Assembly (NCBI GenBank): GCA_964016885.1
Contig: OZ024747.1
Coordinates: 42,718,001-42,782,000 of the forward strand
DNA from: Eledone cirrhosa
Taxonomy: Eukaryota
Direction: 5' to 3'
DNA: 64,000 nucleotides
Part shown: in pieces, positions 14,805 to 26,062 of the stretch
Layout: every line of letters begins with the position of its first letter
Numbering within the stretch: position 1 is the first letter of the stretch
Position numbers and translations under genes: made by a program
Notes under the pieces: generated by a model
The model's input: the letters and a program-made list of their open reading frames with translations, nothing else
Told to the model about the DNA's origin: nothing
The model's database searches: none

Positions 14805-15018
14805 GCAGATGCGACAACATCACTAGAGTGCTGTAACAAAATGCTTTGTATCCTTTTGTTACAGCCCCCTACATTCTGGTTTTAAATCCCATCAAAGTTG
14901 ACTTTGCCTTTCATCCTTCCAGGATCAATAAAATGAAGTACCATTAAAGTATTATGGTTGTATGATCGACTTTCCCCTCCTCTCCCCTAATTGTTGGCCT
15001 TGTGGCTAAATAAGAAAC
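14805..15018 (+). mobile_element. tRNA-derived SINE, degenerate
   Basis: AAATCCC...GTTGACTTTGCCTTTCATCCTTCCAGGATCAATAAAATGAAGTACC...GGCCTTGTGGCTAAATAAGAAAC. Confidence 0.8.
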
Positions 15019-16120
15019 TTATGTCAATAAATGTTCTCTTTCTTCTGTCTCTCACTATTTCTACATTCCCTTCAATAAACACTAGTTTCACTTTTTCCTT
15101 CAACCTCTTAACAAATTGTCAGTAAACTGTATTCCCATCTGTCTCTCATCATCACAATATTCCCTCCAATAAATAATTTTCTATCTCTCTTTTTGTCTCT
15201 TCCTCCAACAGCAAAGCATGCTGTCAATACCTAGCATTCTCTTTCTTTTGTCTCTTGCCATTACCCCTTTCTTCTTTTTGCATGTACATAAGTATATTAA
15301 TATCATAGAGTAAAGAAAAACGTTGCTGGTTCCTCAGAAATATATACTGAGAGGTTGAAAGCCTTGAAATGTTTTATTCGTTTAATTAGTCATATAATAT
15401 AAGAAAATGTTATTTTCAAGTGATTGGCATAATGCTATTTTTATAAATTGCTGCAAAGATAAATGTGATGCCCCGGAGAAAAAAAAAGAAATTACCATTT
15501 TCCTTATTTTCTCTAATATTTTAAGTAGAGTTAATATGAAGCTAATGATTGACAGAAATAGGTCAGATAGAATGCTATTTGGGTCTTTACTAGTTCATAG
15601 AACCTCAGATGTCTTATTTCTACTAAGACAATTAAGAACAAGTAATTATTCTAAGCATATTAATCTCTTTGATACCAAACTGCCTGGAACTGGCCCTGGT
15701 TCCATTATACTAAATAGTTTAAATGTTGACACTTATCTAAAACCTTCCATCAACATTTTATGCAAAAACCTATATCAAGTTATGTTCCAAGCACCAGCTT
15801 AATAATGAGAAAGTTAATTATATTACTAAACCCCTCCATATTTTTTATAGTTTTTAAAATCATAGACAGTGTCTTTCATTAAAAATATGGTAAGGAGCCG
15901 ATTAATATAGTATCAACATGGAAATGTGACTGAACTCTGCCAATGTATTGCTCCTAGTTCTTAACTATTTTAATTAGTCTTTGAGATAATGATAGAGTTC
16001 AAACCTGAATATCCTTGGGAATATCTACAAATTAATTCTCTGTTGACAACTAATTTTAATCAGATTTTAAAAAAAAAAACTCAAAACGTTTTTGCAAAGA
16101 AAATTAAACAAATTTATGAA

Positions 16121-16393
16121 AAATTTATCAGCAATCTATACCATAGTTACCATAATGATATATGTCTGGACATTATGGGAGAATTCTCTCTGGGGTGCAG
16201 AACACCAGGTGCAAGATGCCTCATAGTCTTAGCTAATGCATTTCCTTCACTATCCTCCATCCTTTCCCTATACTAATCTGCTTGTACTATGAGGAATCTT
16301 GCACCAGAGGCTCTGCACAACAGAGAGCATTCTCCTACATAGCCTAGGCATATATATCATTTAGGTAACAATAAAATAGCTCACTGAAATTTA
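16121..16393. mobile_element. Old fold-back/MITE-like inverted repeat
   Basis: 16146-16227 (GTTACC...GGAGAATTCTCTCTG...GGTGCAAGATGCCTCATAGT) is an imperfect reverse complement of 16286-16369 (ACTATGAGGAATCTTGCACC...CAGAGAGCATTCTCC...GGTAAC). Outer limits are uncertain. Confidence 0.75.
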
Positions 16394-16667
16394 TGCTTAC
16401 ACACATTTATTTAATTTTCAGAAAATCTCCAAATAATCAAATGATTATGAAATAATGAATTTTTATCTGATTGTAATTAAAACATGTGCACAGCAGCAAA
16501 ATTTTAATTAAAACAAAACTTAAATAGGCTTTCAAATTTGCTGACATTACAATAAAAAATAAAAATTGATAAAATTATGTGATTCTATAAAACAGAAACA
16601 AAAAACACTAACACTGAAGATAAAGACAAGTATTATATGGTATTAATATGTGAATTTTACACAATGT

Positions 16668-16907
16668 CAGTATCTCAGCAACTATCCCTGAAGGTCCAGC
16701 TGCCTTGCCTGTCTTCATATCTTTGATTGCCTTACTTAATATACTACTACTAACTTGCACAGCCAGTCCCTCTGTTGGGTCAACTTGGAGCAAACTATCT
16801 TCATCCCATTCATTATCTTCATGTAGTAGTCTTTCATAGTGGCACTTCCATGCTACCTTCTTTTCAGCATCAGTGAGGGCAAGTACTTTATTATCACCAC
16901 AGACACA
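16668..16907 (-). mobile_element. Internal RTE-clade LINE fragment (region preceding the RT domain)
   Basis: Reads CVCGDNKVLALTDAEKKVAWKCHYERLLHEDNEWDEDSLLQVDPTEG...KAIKDMKTGKAAGPSGIVAEIL. W..HY..LL and KAAGPxG are RTE/BovB-like motifs. Confidence 0.8.
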
Positions 16908-17707
16908 TCATGATTAAGTAAACCTAGCATCATAGGTATTGAAATCATGATTATCCTGTCACTTTTTTTCATGCAATGTGATCTGGAACTACATTATCTA
17001 ATATGCTGCTGTTCTTTTTAAGATGACAAGGTCTGATTTGGGGAAGATATGGCAGAGCTAGCACATAGAGCCTCTCTAGGTGGCTCACAGTTATCAAAGT
17101 TGCTAGCCATGCTAATTGGGGTGCTGCTACAAAAGGTCATTTGTATTGAATAGATAAAAAAAGTGAGGTTGCCCAATGTTAGTGAACTTGTTAGCTGTAT
17201 CTGAAAAGAAAGTAGATCTCTTTGGGGGTCTACAGAAGAGAAAATGTAATTTGCTTTCCTAATGATTATTTTCCAGACTTTATGCATGGTGATAGTTCTC
17301 AGGCTGAGAGAGATCTATTGGTTTGTTTATTAGCTGTGATCTCCCATTTCTATTTGAAAACTACGTGAGAGCTTAGATTTGGATAAAATCAAATATATAA
17401 CTGGAATTACATCCATTAATTTTAAAACTTTAATCAGGGAAGCCCGTGCTTAAACCTTGCCACATATGACAACCTTCTTTGTTATGGTGCCACAAAAGTG
17501 TACTTGGGACACTGAAGAGAGAGATGGGATGCAGGAATATATGTGAGATACAGCCCTCAGCTTGTCTGAAAGGTCAATAGCTCTGATTAACCCTTTAACA
17601 TTTAAACCGGCCATATCGGGCCAGAATTCTCTCACCTCTTTCTGTTCAAACCGACCATAACTGCCTGCTCATATTTATGTTAAGGTATTGTTCTCAAAAT
17701 AAATAAT

Positions 17708-17894
17708 TGTTTCTATTTTTGGCACAAGGCCAACAATTATCCCAGTGCATTACTGGTACTTTATTTTATCGACTCCGTAAGGATGAAAGGCAAAGTTAAC
17801 CTCGGCGGGATTTGAACTCAGAATGGCAAGGGCCGTAACTCTATGTGTCAAAGCATGGTGTCCGACCCTCTACCGATACTGCCAATCCACCGCC
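17708..17894 (-). mobile_element. Full-length tRNA-derived SINE (first of tandem pair)
   Basis: Minus-strand 5' end GGCGGTGGATTGGCAGTATCGGTAGAG (A-box-like), B-box GAGTTCAAATCC, family core; flanked by AAAATAAATAAT. Confidence 0.9.
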
Positions 17895-17906
17895 AAAATA
17901 AATAAT

Positions 17907-18081
17907 TGTTTCTACTTTTGGCACAAGGCCAGTAATTACCCAGTACATTACTGGTACTTTATTTTATCGACCACGTAAGGATGAAAGGCAAAGTTAACCT
18001 TAACGGGATTTGAACTCAGATCATAAAGGGACGTAACTCTATGCTTCAAAGCATGGTGTCCGACTCTCTACCGATACTGCC
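17907..18081 (-). mobile_element. tRNA-derived SINE (second of tandem pair)
   Basis: Same family and orientation, slightly shorter at the 5' end; flanked by AAAATAAATAAT. Confidence 0.9.
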
Positions 18082-18235
18082 AAAATAAATAATATCAAAA
18101 TCTCGTAGATTCGATAACATGTGAGATAATTAAGTGAAATAAAGCCTTTACTGTGAAAATATAATAGTAACTATAGAGTAATGTAAATGCTAAAGGGTTG
18201 AGGTTAAAATTAGAGAGAGATCAGTAGCAAAGATG

Positions 18236-18337
18236 TTAGTATACCTATCAGTGGTGGTGGTTTAGAGACATCAGTGGTGGTGGTAGTTTAGTATACCTAT
18301 CAGTGGTGGTGGTGGTGGTAGTTTAGAGACATCAGTA
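18236..18337. repeat. Short tandem duplication with (GGT)n
   Basis: TAGTATACCTATCAGTGGTGGTGG...TTTAGAGACATCAGT occurs twice. Confidence 0.75.
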
Positions 18338-18598
18338 GAAGATATGTTTTACATTTTTAACGAAGACATGGAGTTTTAGTGTTTAGAGTACTATCAGGTA
18401 AATATTGTTAGATGACTGCACAAGACATATCAAATCTAATCAGCTAATTGTGGAAACAATTAAATAAATAAATCAATAAAGTAAGAAATAAATAGAGAGA
18501 TAAATAAATTACAGTAAATAGTAATTTTAAAGAAAATTTAGTTCTGAATTCCCAAATGTCGATCAACTAATAGATCAGGAGGATATTGTCTAAGATAC

Positions 18599-18790
18599 TG
18601 AGAGAGAGAGAGAAAGTGGAGAGGGAGAAATAGTAAGGGAGAAAGAGAGAAATACAGAGAGAGGGGAGAGGGGGTAATATAGAGAGATAATGAGAGAAAG
18701 GAAGAGAGAGAAATACAAAAGGCAAGAAAGATATAGAAAGAGAGAGAGAGAAATACAAAGAACAACAAAGATATAGAAAGAGAGAGAGAA
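18599..18790. repeat. (AG)-rich low-complexity tract
   Basis: Purine-rich, degenerate GAGA repeats. Confidence 0.85.
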
Positions 18791-19123
18791 CTACCAGAGA
18801 ATGAAGGAAAAAAAACAACAAAAACAAAACCAAGTAAATTCAATAGAAATTCAATTTTCTATTTTATTTTGTTTTCTGTAAAATAATAGAAATTGAACAG
18901 CATAATAGCAATTGTCATTGCTGTGTGAAAAACAAAAGATGGCTGCTATTGTGATGTGACCACTGACAGTGTGAATCTAAATGATGACGGTAACAAACAG
19001 AAGAAGATAAAAACAAGACAAGCGGAATAAAAGAGGAATTTAAAAAAAAATTCTTGAGAGAAAGGGGGAAAAGTTGTGGAAGGTGAAGAAGAAGACATGT
19101 TCAGTGATGTAAACACCTTAGTC

Positions 19124-19312
19124 ATATGCAACAGTTTTGAATATAATACCAGTAATTATACAAAGCACAATAAGACATCACTTCAGAGATATGCAACACT
19201 GCTTTGAATATAATACCATAGATTATACAATGCACAATAAGATATTACCTCAGTGATATGCACCACTGGTTTGAATATAATACCACTAATTATACAAAGG
19301 ACAATAAGACAC
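19124..19312. repeat. Minisatellite, about 66 bp x 3
   Basis: ATGCA...TTTGAATATAATACCA...ATTATACAA.G.ACAATAAGA starts at 19126, 19191 and 19258. Confidence 0.9.
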
Positions 19313-19377
19313 GAGTCAATTGAATGTAAGCAGAAAATGTACAGAACATATTATATAAGGTGATATCTACATTGAAT

Positions 19378-19548
19378 AACTACCACCACTATTATTATTA
19401 TCATTACCACATCACCACTACAACCACCACCACTCCCACCACTATTACAACCCCATACCTTTTCTACTATTACTATCACCACCACTCCAACTACCATCAC
19501 CACTACCGCTATTATCAATACCACTACTAACACCAGCTATTATTACCG
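19378..19548. repeat. Degenerate (ACC/ACT/ATT)n trinucleotide tract
   Basis: Seen directly. Confidence 0.8.
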
Positions 19549-19861
19549 TCTGTACAATTTCCTCTCTGTTGTTGTGAGTACGTGAGACTTAGACACTACT
19601 GGTCATATATTTCTGATCAATATCGAAAGATAATGATATGGCAAAATCAGAATCTGTAGAATATCAGACTAACTTCCTGCAGATGTTTAGTTGAAATCTT
19701 CTATATTCACAGTTAAAAATCACACAGATATCAGCTGGCCCTTTCATTACTCTAGAAGCAATAAAATAGAGTAGCAGATACGTACTAGGGTAAATTTAAT
19801 TTTATTGAAACAATGTCCTTATAAATTACAACTATGAAAAACCAGTTGGTTACAACATTGA

Positions 19862-20301
19862 TTTCTAGTTTAGGTACAAGGTCAAGGTCAGCAAATTTTG
19901 GGGAAAGGGTAAAGTCTCAGGAAAGAATTGCTGGACAGATTTTACCAGCAAAACCAACCGACAGGAGACCCAGGAACATGGTTGGATAACATTCATGAGC
20001 TTGGCTGGTCTCGCTTGGGAATCCAGCTGGATCAGTTGGAGACGGTTGCTTCTGACAGGACCTTCTGAAAGGAGTGTTTGAGGACTCTGCCTCCATGAGC
20101 CTCTCAAGGAGGAGGAGGAGGTGGAGGTAAAGTTGATTAAACCAACCCCAGTACTTGACTGGTACTTTATTTTATCGACCTTGGAAGAATGAACTGCAAA
20201 GTTGATCATGTCGAGATTTGAACTCAGAATGCAAAGAATCAAAACAAATACCACAATGACATTTTATCTGATGATCTACCAACTCTGTCAATCCACCATC
20301 C
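19862..20301 (-). mobile_element. tRNA-derived SINE split by a LINE fragment
   Basis: The SINE tail (TTTCTAGTTTAGGTACAAGG...TTTTGGGGAAAGGGTAAAGT) lies at 19862-19915. The body (GGTACTTTATTTTATCGACC...GATTTGAACTCAGAA...AATCCACCATCC) resumes at 20126-20301. Confidence 0.75.
19916..20125 (+). mobile_element. RTE-clade (Expander/Rex3-like) LINE 3' end with (GGA)n tail and TSD
   Basis: Degenerate translation RRPR/TWLDNIHELGWSRLGIQLDQLETVASDRTF*KECLRTLPP resembles the Expander-type C-terminus GRPRTRW.D....L.W.RLG...L.LLPP. GGTAAAGT is duplicated at 19908-19915 and 20126-20133. Confidence 0.7.
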
Positions 20302-20540
20302 TTAATAACAATATTGATGATTGTCTACATTGGCACAAGGTTTCACATTTAGTAAAGAACCTAGCGGTTTATTAAGGCATTTGGATGATTTGAAATTTGA
20401 AACATTGGAATTCAATCACAGAATCACTATAAATAATATGTTTAGATTAAAGCTGTTAAATCAGGTAAAATACCATTAAGGACAGAAAAAGTGACCACTT
20501 TTTTCTGCATCTGATTTTCTAATGTTATTATCATTTACAG

Positions 20541-20748
20541 GGCAGTGGATTGGTAGTATCAGTAGAGCAACACACACCATGATTCACAGCATAGAGTTAC
20601 AGACCTTTATTTTCTGAGTTCAAATCCCGCCGAGGTTAGCTTTGCCTTCCATCCTTATGGGGTAGATAAAATAAAGTACCAGTAATGCACTGGGGTTGAT
20701 TCAATCAACTTTCCCCTCCCCCCAAAATTGGATTCCAACATTTCAAAC
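20541..20748 (+). mobile_element. Full-length tRNA-derived SINE
   Basis: GGCAGTGGATTGGTAGTATCAGTAGAG...GAGTTCAAATCCCGCCGAGGTTAGCTTTGCCTTCCATCCTTATGGGGTAGATAAAATAAAGTACCAGT. Confidence 0.9.
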
Positions 20749-21124
20749 TATTAGAGAATGTCAAGAGGTACATCCATTCACTCTTTTACAAATGGAATTA
20801 ATCAACATCATTAAAATGGTTACCAGCTGAAAACTGAAACCCAAACCATAGATTCAACTAAACAAGCATTCACTACCAATATATAACAACACAGATAGTA
20901 ACAATACTTTACTAATGATTAAGATCACAGTAATGATACCCTCAATAGAATACAGTGTATTCATAGAAATTCTAGAAACGTGATGAAAATTCAAAGAGAA
21001 TAAAAGACGCTTTGCTGATGAGATTAGGAAAAATGGTAAGAATCCGTTTGGAGTCTAATGATGGTGGAGTAGAAAGTTACAGAGATAAGCAAATTGAATA
21101 ACATGCAGGAAATTAAGATATTAT

Positions 21125-21568
21125 TATACATATAAAATATATATATATAATATATAATATATATATAATATATATATAATATATATATATATAATATAAA
21201 TATATACATATATAATATATATATATATATTATATATATATATAATATATAGCGAGGGAAAAGTGGTAAGGAACCAGGTGGACCATAACGCACCAAAGTA
21301 CTCAATACTTAGGGTAGTAGAGTGGGTAATATATATATATATAATATATAATATATAATATATATATATATAATATATATATATATAATATATATTATAT
21401 ATATATATAATATATAATATATATAATATAATATATATATAATATAATATAATATATAATATAATATAATATATATATAATATAATATATATATAATATA
21501 ATATATATATAATATATATATAATATATATATAATATATATATATATGTCTTTCTCCCATTTATTCTC

Positions 21569-21612
<44 letters not shown>

Positions 21613-22043
21613 ATTATATATATATATATTATATATATATATTATATATATATATATTATATATATATATATTATATATATTATATATAATATATATATA
21701 TAATATATATAATATATATATAATATATATATATATAATATATATATATGTAATATATATAATATATATATATGTAATATATATAATATATATAATATAT
21801 AATATATATATATATATAATATATAATATATATATATATGTAATATATATAATATATATAATATATAATATATATATATATATATGTAATATATATAATA
21901 TATATGTAATATATATAATATATAATATATATATATATATATATATAATATATATAATATATATATATAATATATATAATATATATATATATAATATATA
22001 TATATAATATATATAATATATATATATATAATATATATATATA

Positions 22044-22084
<41 letters not shown>
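21125..22084. repeat. Interrupted (AT)n microsatellite containing short unique stubs (21251-21328, 21547-21571)
   Basis: (TA)n with AA or TT interruptions. Confidence 0.95.
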
Positions 22085-22087
<3 letters not shown>

Positions 22088-22119
22088 GAGAATAAATGGG
22101 AGAAAGACAGTCTCCCCCA

Positions 22120-23670
22120 TATCGAATGGCTTGTGAGGGCTATACAAGCCATGTATAAAGAAACAGTCAGCAAGGTTAGAATTAACAACGAATATAGTGA
22201 AGAGTTTAGCGTAAAAGTTGGCGTCCATCAGGGCTCTGTTCTCAGCCCACTACTATTTATTATTGCCCTTCAGGCTATAACAGAGGAGTTCAAGACAGGC
22301 TGCCCATGGGAACTCCTATACGCAGACGACCTGACACTCATAGCGGAATCAATGGCCGAGCTAGAGAAGAAATTCCAAACATGGAAGCACGGCCTAGAGT
22401 CAAAAGGACTTAAAATTAACCTGGCTAAGACCAAAGTACTAGTTTGTAGGAAAGAAAACAAGGCGGCGGTCCCTTCTGGGAAATGGCCGTGCTCGGTGTG
22501 TAGGAAAGGCGTAGGTAGAAACTCCATTTTATGTCCTAAATGCAAAGTATGGGTGCATAAAAGATGTAGTGGGATCACAGGTAAGCTAACTAAGAACATA
22601 GATTTTACATGTGGCCGGTGCTCTGGTGCAATAAGTAGCAGCAAGTGCCCACAAAATACTAGCTCTTTCAATTGCGCAGAGGGTTCTATAGAAATAGTGG
22701 ACAGCTTCCGTTACCTGGGCGATAAAATCAGCAGTGGGGGAGGGTGCTCTGAGAGTACTGTAGCTAGAGTCAGAACTGGTTGGAAAAAGTTCAGAGAGCT
22801 TATACCACTATTAGCTGCTAAAGGGTTCTCCCTAAAAATGAAAGGCAGGTTGTACGATGCTTGCATACGAACAGCAATGCTGCATGGCAGTGAGACCTGG
22901 GCATTGTGTGCAGAGGATATACGCAGACTAGAGAGGAACGAAGCTTGCATGCTCCGCTGGATGTGTAACAGTAATATACGTGAACGGCAAAGCATAAACG
23001 AACTAAGGAAAAAATTAGAGATAAGAGGGATCAGATGTTGTTTACTCGAGAGAAGGCTACGTTGGTATGGACACGTGATGCGCATGAAAGTCGATAGCTG
23101 TATAACAAAGTGCAGGGCAATAAAGATAGACGGTAGTCACGGAATAGGCAGACCTAGAAAAACCTGGGACGAGCTGATAAACTCCGACATCACACACTTA
23201 CACCTCTCCAAGACAATGTCACTGGACCGAGACCTTTGGCGGTACTCAGTAACAGAGAAGACCCGCCTTACCTAAATATATAGTAAAACCTACTCCAGCC
23301 AGTAGGCATCTCTAACAAAATACACCCAGTCCCACCACCACCACCCCCACCCCATACACACCACCCCGTTCTATGTAAAGTTATGTTGGTGCCGCGCCAT
23401 CGAGGCCGAAACAAATGAGATCGTGTAGGTGTCACGACAAAAAAACACACAGTCCACGCTGTAATGTGGCCGTGTAGGCAACACGGTAAAAACCTCCCAG
23501 ACCCACACTGTAAATGTGGTTGGTGTTAGGAAGGGCATCCAACTGCAGAAAACCTGCCAGACAGTCCTATGCGAGCAAGACAATCACTCTTGCCTCAAGT
23601 GGGACTACCCCCGTCCAAACCCATGCAAGCGTGGAACACGGACGTTAAACGTTGATGATGATGATGATGA
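22120..23670 (+). mobile_element. 5'-truncated RTE-clade LINE, copy B
   Basis: Homologous to copy A in the opposite orientation; ends GGACGTTAAACGTTGATGATGATG. Confidence 0.95.
22133..23275 (+). CDS. Uninterrupted C-terminal 380 aa of an RTE LINE ORF: partial reverse transcriptase, PHD finger and C-terminal domain (N-terminally truncated, not a functional gene)
   Basis: GVHQGSVLSPLLF, LLYADDL, GLKINLAKTK, C4-H-C3 motif, FRYLG, RRLRWYGHV, GRPRKTW, DRDLWR. Confidence 0.9.
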   Translation: MRAIQAMYKETVSKVRINNEYSEEFSVKVGVHQGSVLSPLLFIIALQAITEEFKTGCPWELLYADDLTLIAESMAELEKKFQTWKHGLESKGLKINLAKTKVLVCRKENKAAVPSGKWPCSVCRKGVGRNSILCPKCKVWVHKRCSGITGKLTKNIDFTCGRCSGAISSSKCPQNTSSFNCAEGSIEIVDSFRYLGDKISSGGGCSESTVARVRTGWKKFRELIPLLAAKGFSLKMKGRLYDACIRTAMLHGSETWALCAEDIRRLERNEACMLRWMCNSNIRERQSINELRKKLEIRGIRCCLLERRLRWYGHVMRMKVDSCITKCRAIKIDGSHGIGRPRKTWDELINSDITHLHLSKTMSLDRDLWRYSVTEKTRLT

Positions 23671-24016
23671 TATATAATATATATAATATATATATATATA
23701 ATATATATATATAATATATATATATATATAATATATATATATATAATATATATAATATATATATATATAATATATATAATATATATATATATAATATATA
23801 TAATATATATATATATAATATATATATATATATATAATATATATATAATATATATAATATATATATAATATATATATATATATAATATATATATATATTA
23901 TATATATGTAATATATATATATATATATGTAATATATATATAATATATAAATATATATATATATAATATATATAATATATATATAATATATAAATATATA
24001 TATATATAATATATAT

Positions 24017-24047
<31 letters not shown>

Positions 24048-24128
24048 ATATATATATAATATATATAATATATATATAATATATATATATATATAATATA
24101 TATATAATATATATATAATATATATATA

Positions 24129-24210
<82 letters not shown>

Positions 24211-24292
24211 AGATATATAATATATATATAATATATATAATATATATATAATATATATATATAATATAATATATATATATATATATAATATA
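23671..24292. repeat. Interrupted (AT)n microsatellite
   Basis: (TA)n with AA interruptions. Confidence 0.97.
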
Positions 24293-24453
24293 TCTATCTA
24301 TCTATCTAAGGCGGGTAAAATTCCCGAGATCCATGGACGAGTTCTCTCCAGCGGTCTCTGTCCCTCATCATCGCTGCCATATCCTGCATCTCCAACAGAC
24401 CAGTGTCTGTCCTTAGGGCATCAACATATGTTAACCTTGGTCTTCCTCTTCTA
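24293..24453 (-). mobile_element. RTE-type LINE extreme 3' fragment with (ATAG)n tail
   Basis: Minus strand reads RRGRPRLTYVDALRTDTGLLEMQDMAAMMRDRDRWRELVHGSREFYPP*, followed immediately by ATAGATAGAT. Confidence 0.8.
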
Positions 24454-24575
24454 GTGTGTCTATGTATAATATATATATATATTTCGTTTCTGAATATATA
24501 TATATATAATATATATATATATATAATATATATATATAATATATATATATATATATAATATATATATATATATAA

Positions 24576-25613
24576 TCTATATATATAAAACTGTGGTTGT
24601 CTGTCTGTCTATCGATTTTTGGCACACATCTCCTCTTAGAATCTCTCACGGAATTGCACCGAAATTGCTATACTTGTACATTGAGCCCCAGCGAAGACAT
24701 CGGAAAAAAATATTTCAAATTGACCCACCCAATGTGACGAAATCGAATATAATGTATCGATTTTTGAGCGTAAGTTATCAGTTATTTCCCTTTGTTCTGT
24801 TTACATTGAGCGTCTTACGTAAAAAATTACGCTGGCTTTCTCAGCGTTTAAAATGACATTAACACAATACACGAACAGTTGTCGAGCCAGCAAAATATTG
24901 ACCTGCAAAATTCATCAGTTCGAACACTAAGCTTCCGTTTTGCTTCATTTCCATTTAAAAGCATTTTAAAACAATATTTTTACTTGAAAACAAGTCTATT
25001 TAAAGACTACGTAAAACAAGCAAATATTTCGTAAAAAAAAGCAAAAATTATATAAGTTTATTTAAAATATATGTATCTGTAAATTTCGTTAGGCGTACAG
25101 ACAGACAGTCGTGCAGACAGACAGTCGTGCAGAGAGGTGATATACGCGTGCAGACAGATAGTCGTGCAGAGAGGTGATATAGGCGTGCAGACAGACAGTC
25201 GTGCAGAGAGGTGATATAGGCGTGCAGACAGACAGTCGTGCAGAGAGGTGATATAGGCGTGCAGACAGACAGTCGTGCAGAGAGGTGATATAGGCGTGCA
25301 GACAGACATAACTGATAATTTGGTTACGCTAATGTTTTTCTCTGCGTTGCAGTGTTTACATTTTCGATCTTTGTTAATAAATAACCAGTGCAGTTTTTAT
25401 CCCCAGCATCCTCTTTTGTTATAACATTCGGGTTATCGTTATGTTTTCTTAACTTCATAAGGCATATTGTTGGTTGAGGGAATATTAATCAAAAACACCA
25501 CATGCAAGTCTGCACAGTAGACACTACAGTTTTTAAGCCAAAAAAGAAACTTAACATTGTAACTTTAACACAGCTACTGAGCGACCCCAGGCAACGCCGG
25601 GCTTTACTGCTAG
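24576..25613 (+). mobile_element. Complete non-autonomous Helitron (1,038 bp)
   Basis: Starts A|TCTATATATATAAAA and ends with a GC-rich hairpin CCCAGGCAACGCCGGG, then CTTTACTG-CTAG|T. It sits between A and T with no TSD and contains an internal minisatellite. Confidence 0.9.
25091..25308. repeat. 37-bp minisatellite inside Helitron copy 1 (5 units)
   Basis: GTGCAGAGAGGTGATATAGGCGTGCAGACAGACAGTC. Confidence 0.95.
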
Positions 25614-26062
25614 TATATATAATATATATAATATATATATATAATATATATAATATATATAATATATATATATAATATATATATATATAATATATATATA
25701 TGTAATATATATATATATAATATATATATATATAATATATATATATAATATATATAATATATATATATGTAATATATATATAATATATATATATATAATA
25801 TATATATATAATATATATATATATATAATATATATATATATAATATATATATATAATATATATATATGTAATATATATATATATAATATATATATATAAT
25901 ATATATATATAATATATATATATAATATATATATATGTAATATATATATATATATAATATATATATATATATAATATATATATATATATAATATATATAT
26001 ATAATATATATATATATATAATATATATATATATAATATATATAAATAATATATATATGTAA
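25614..26062. repeat. Interrupted (AT)n microsatellite
   Basis: Seen directly. Confidence 0.97.

Larger units (their letters stand above)
17591..18197. mobile_element. piggyBac-type MITE interrupted by two SINEs
   Basis: TTAA|CCCTTTAACATTTA ... TAAATGCTAAAGGG|TTGA: 14-bp TIRs with 1 mismatch, CCC/GGG termini and a TTAA-like TSD. Confidence 0.75.

Noticed and set aside
15407-17635. Short ORFs at 15407-15802, 15989-16276, 17018-17287 and 17450-17635
   Set aside because: No recognisable motifs or exon structure; some overlap MITE sequence. Degraded TE origin cannot be excluded without a search.
13671-20748. tRNA genes suggested by GTTCAAATCC B-boxes
   Set aside because: They are SINE heads followed by a shared non-tRNA body; no full cloverleaf.
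21011-21085. CTGATGA followed by GATT...AATC as another hammerhead
   Set aside because: No GAAA directly after the putative stem II, and no stem I partner after a UH.
11370-23085. ORFs antisense to the RTE copies
   Set aside because: Shadow frames of the reverse-transcriptase ORF.
20265-24920. CTGATGA matches in the SINE (about 20268, +) and in the Helitron (about 24912, -)
   Set aside because: Isolated heptamers without hammerhead helices.
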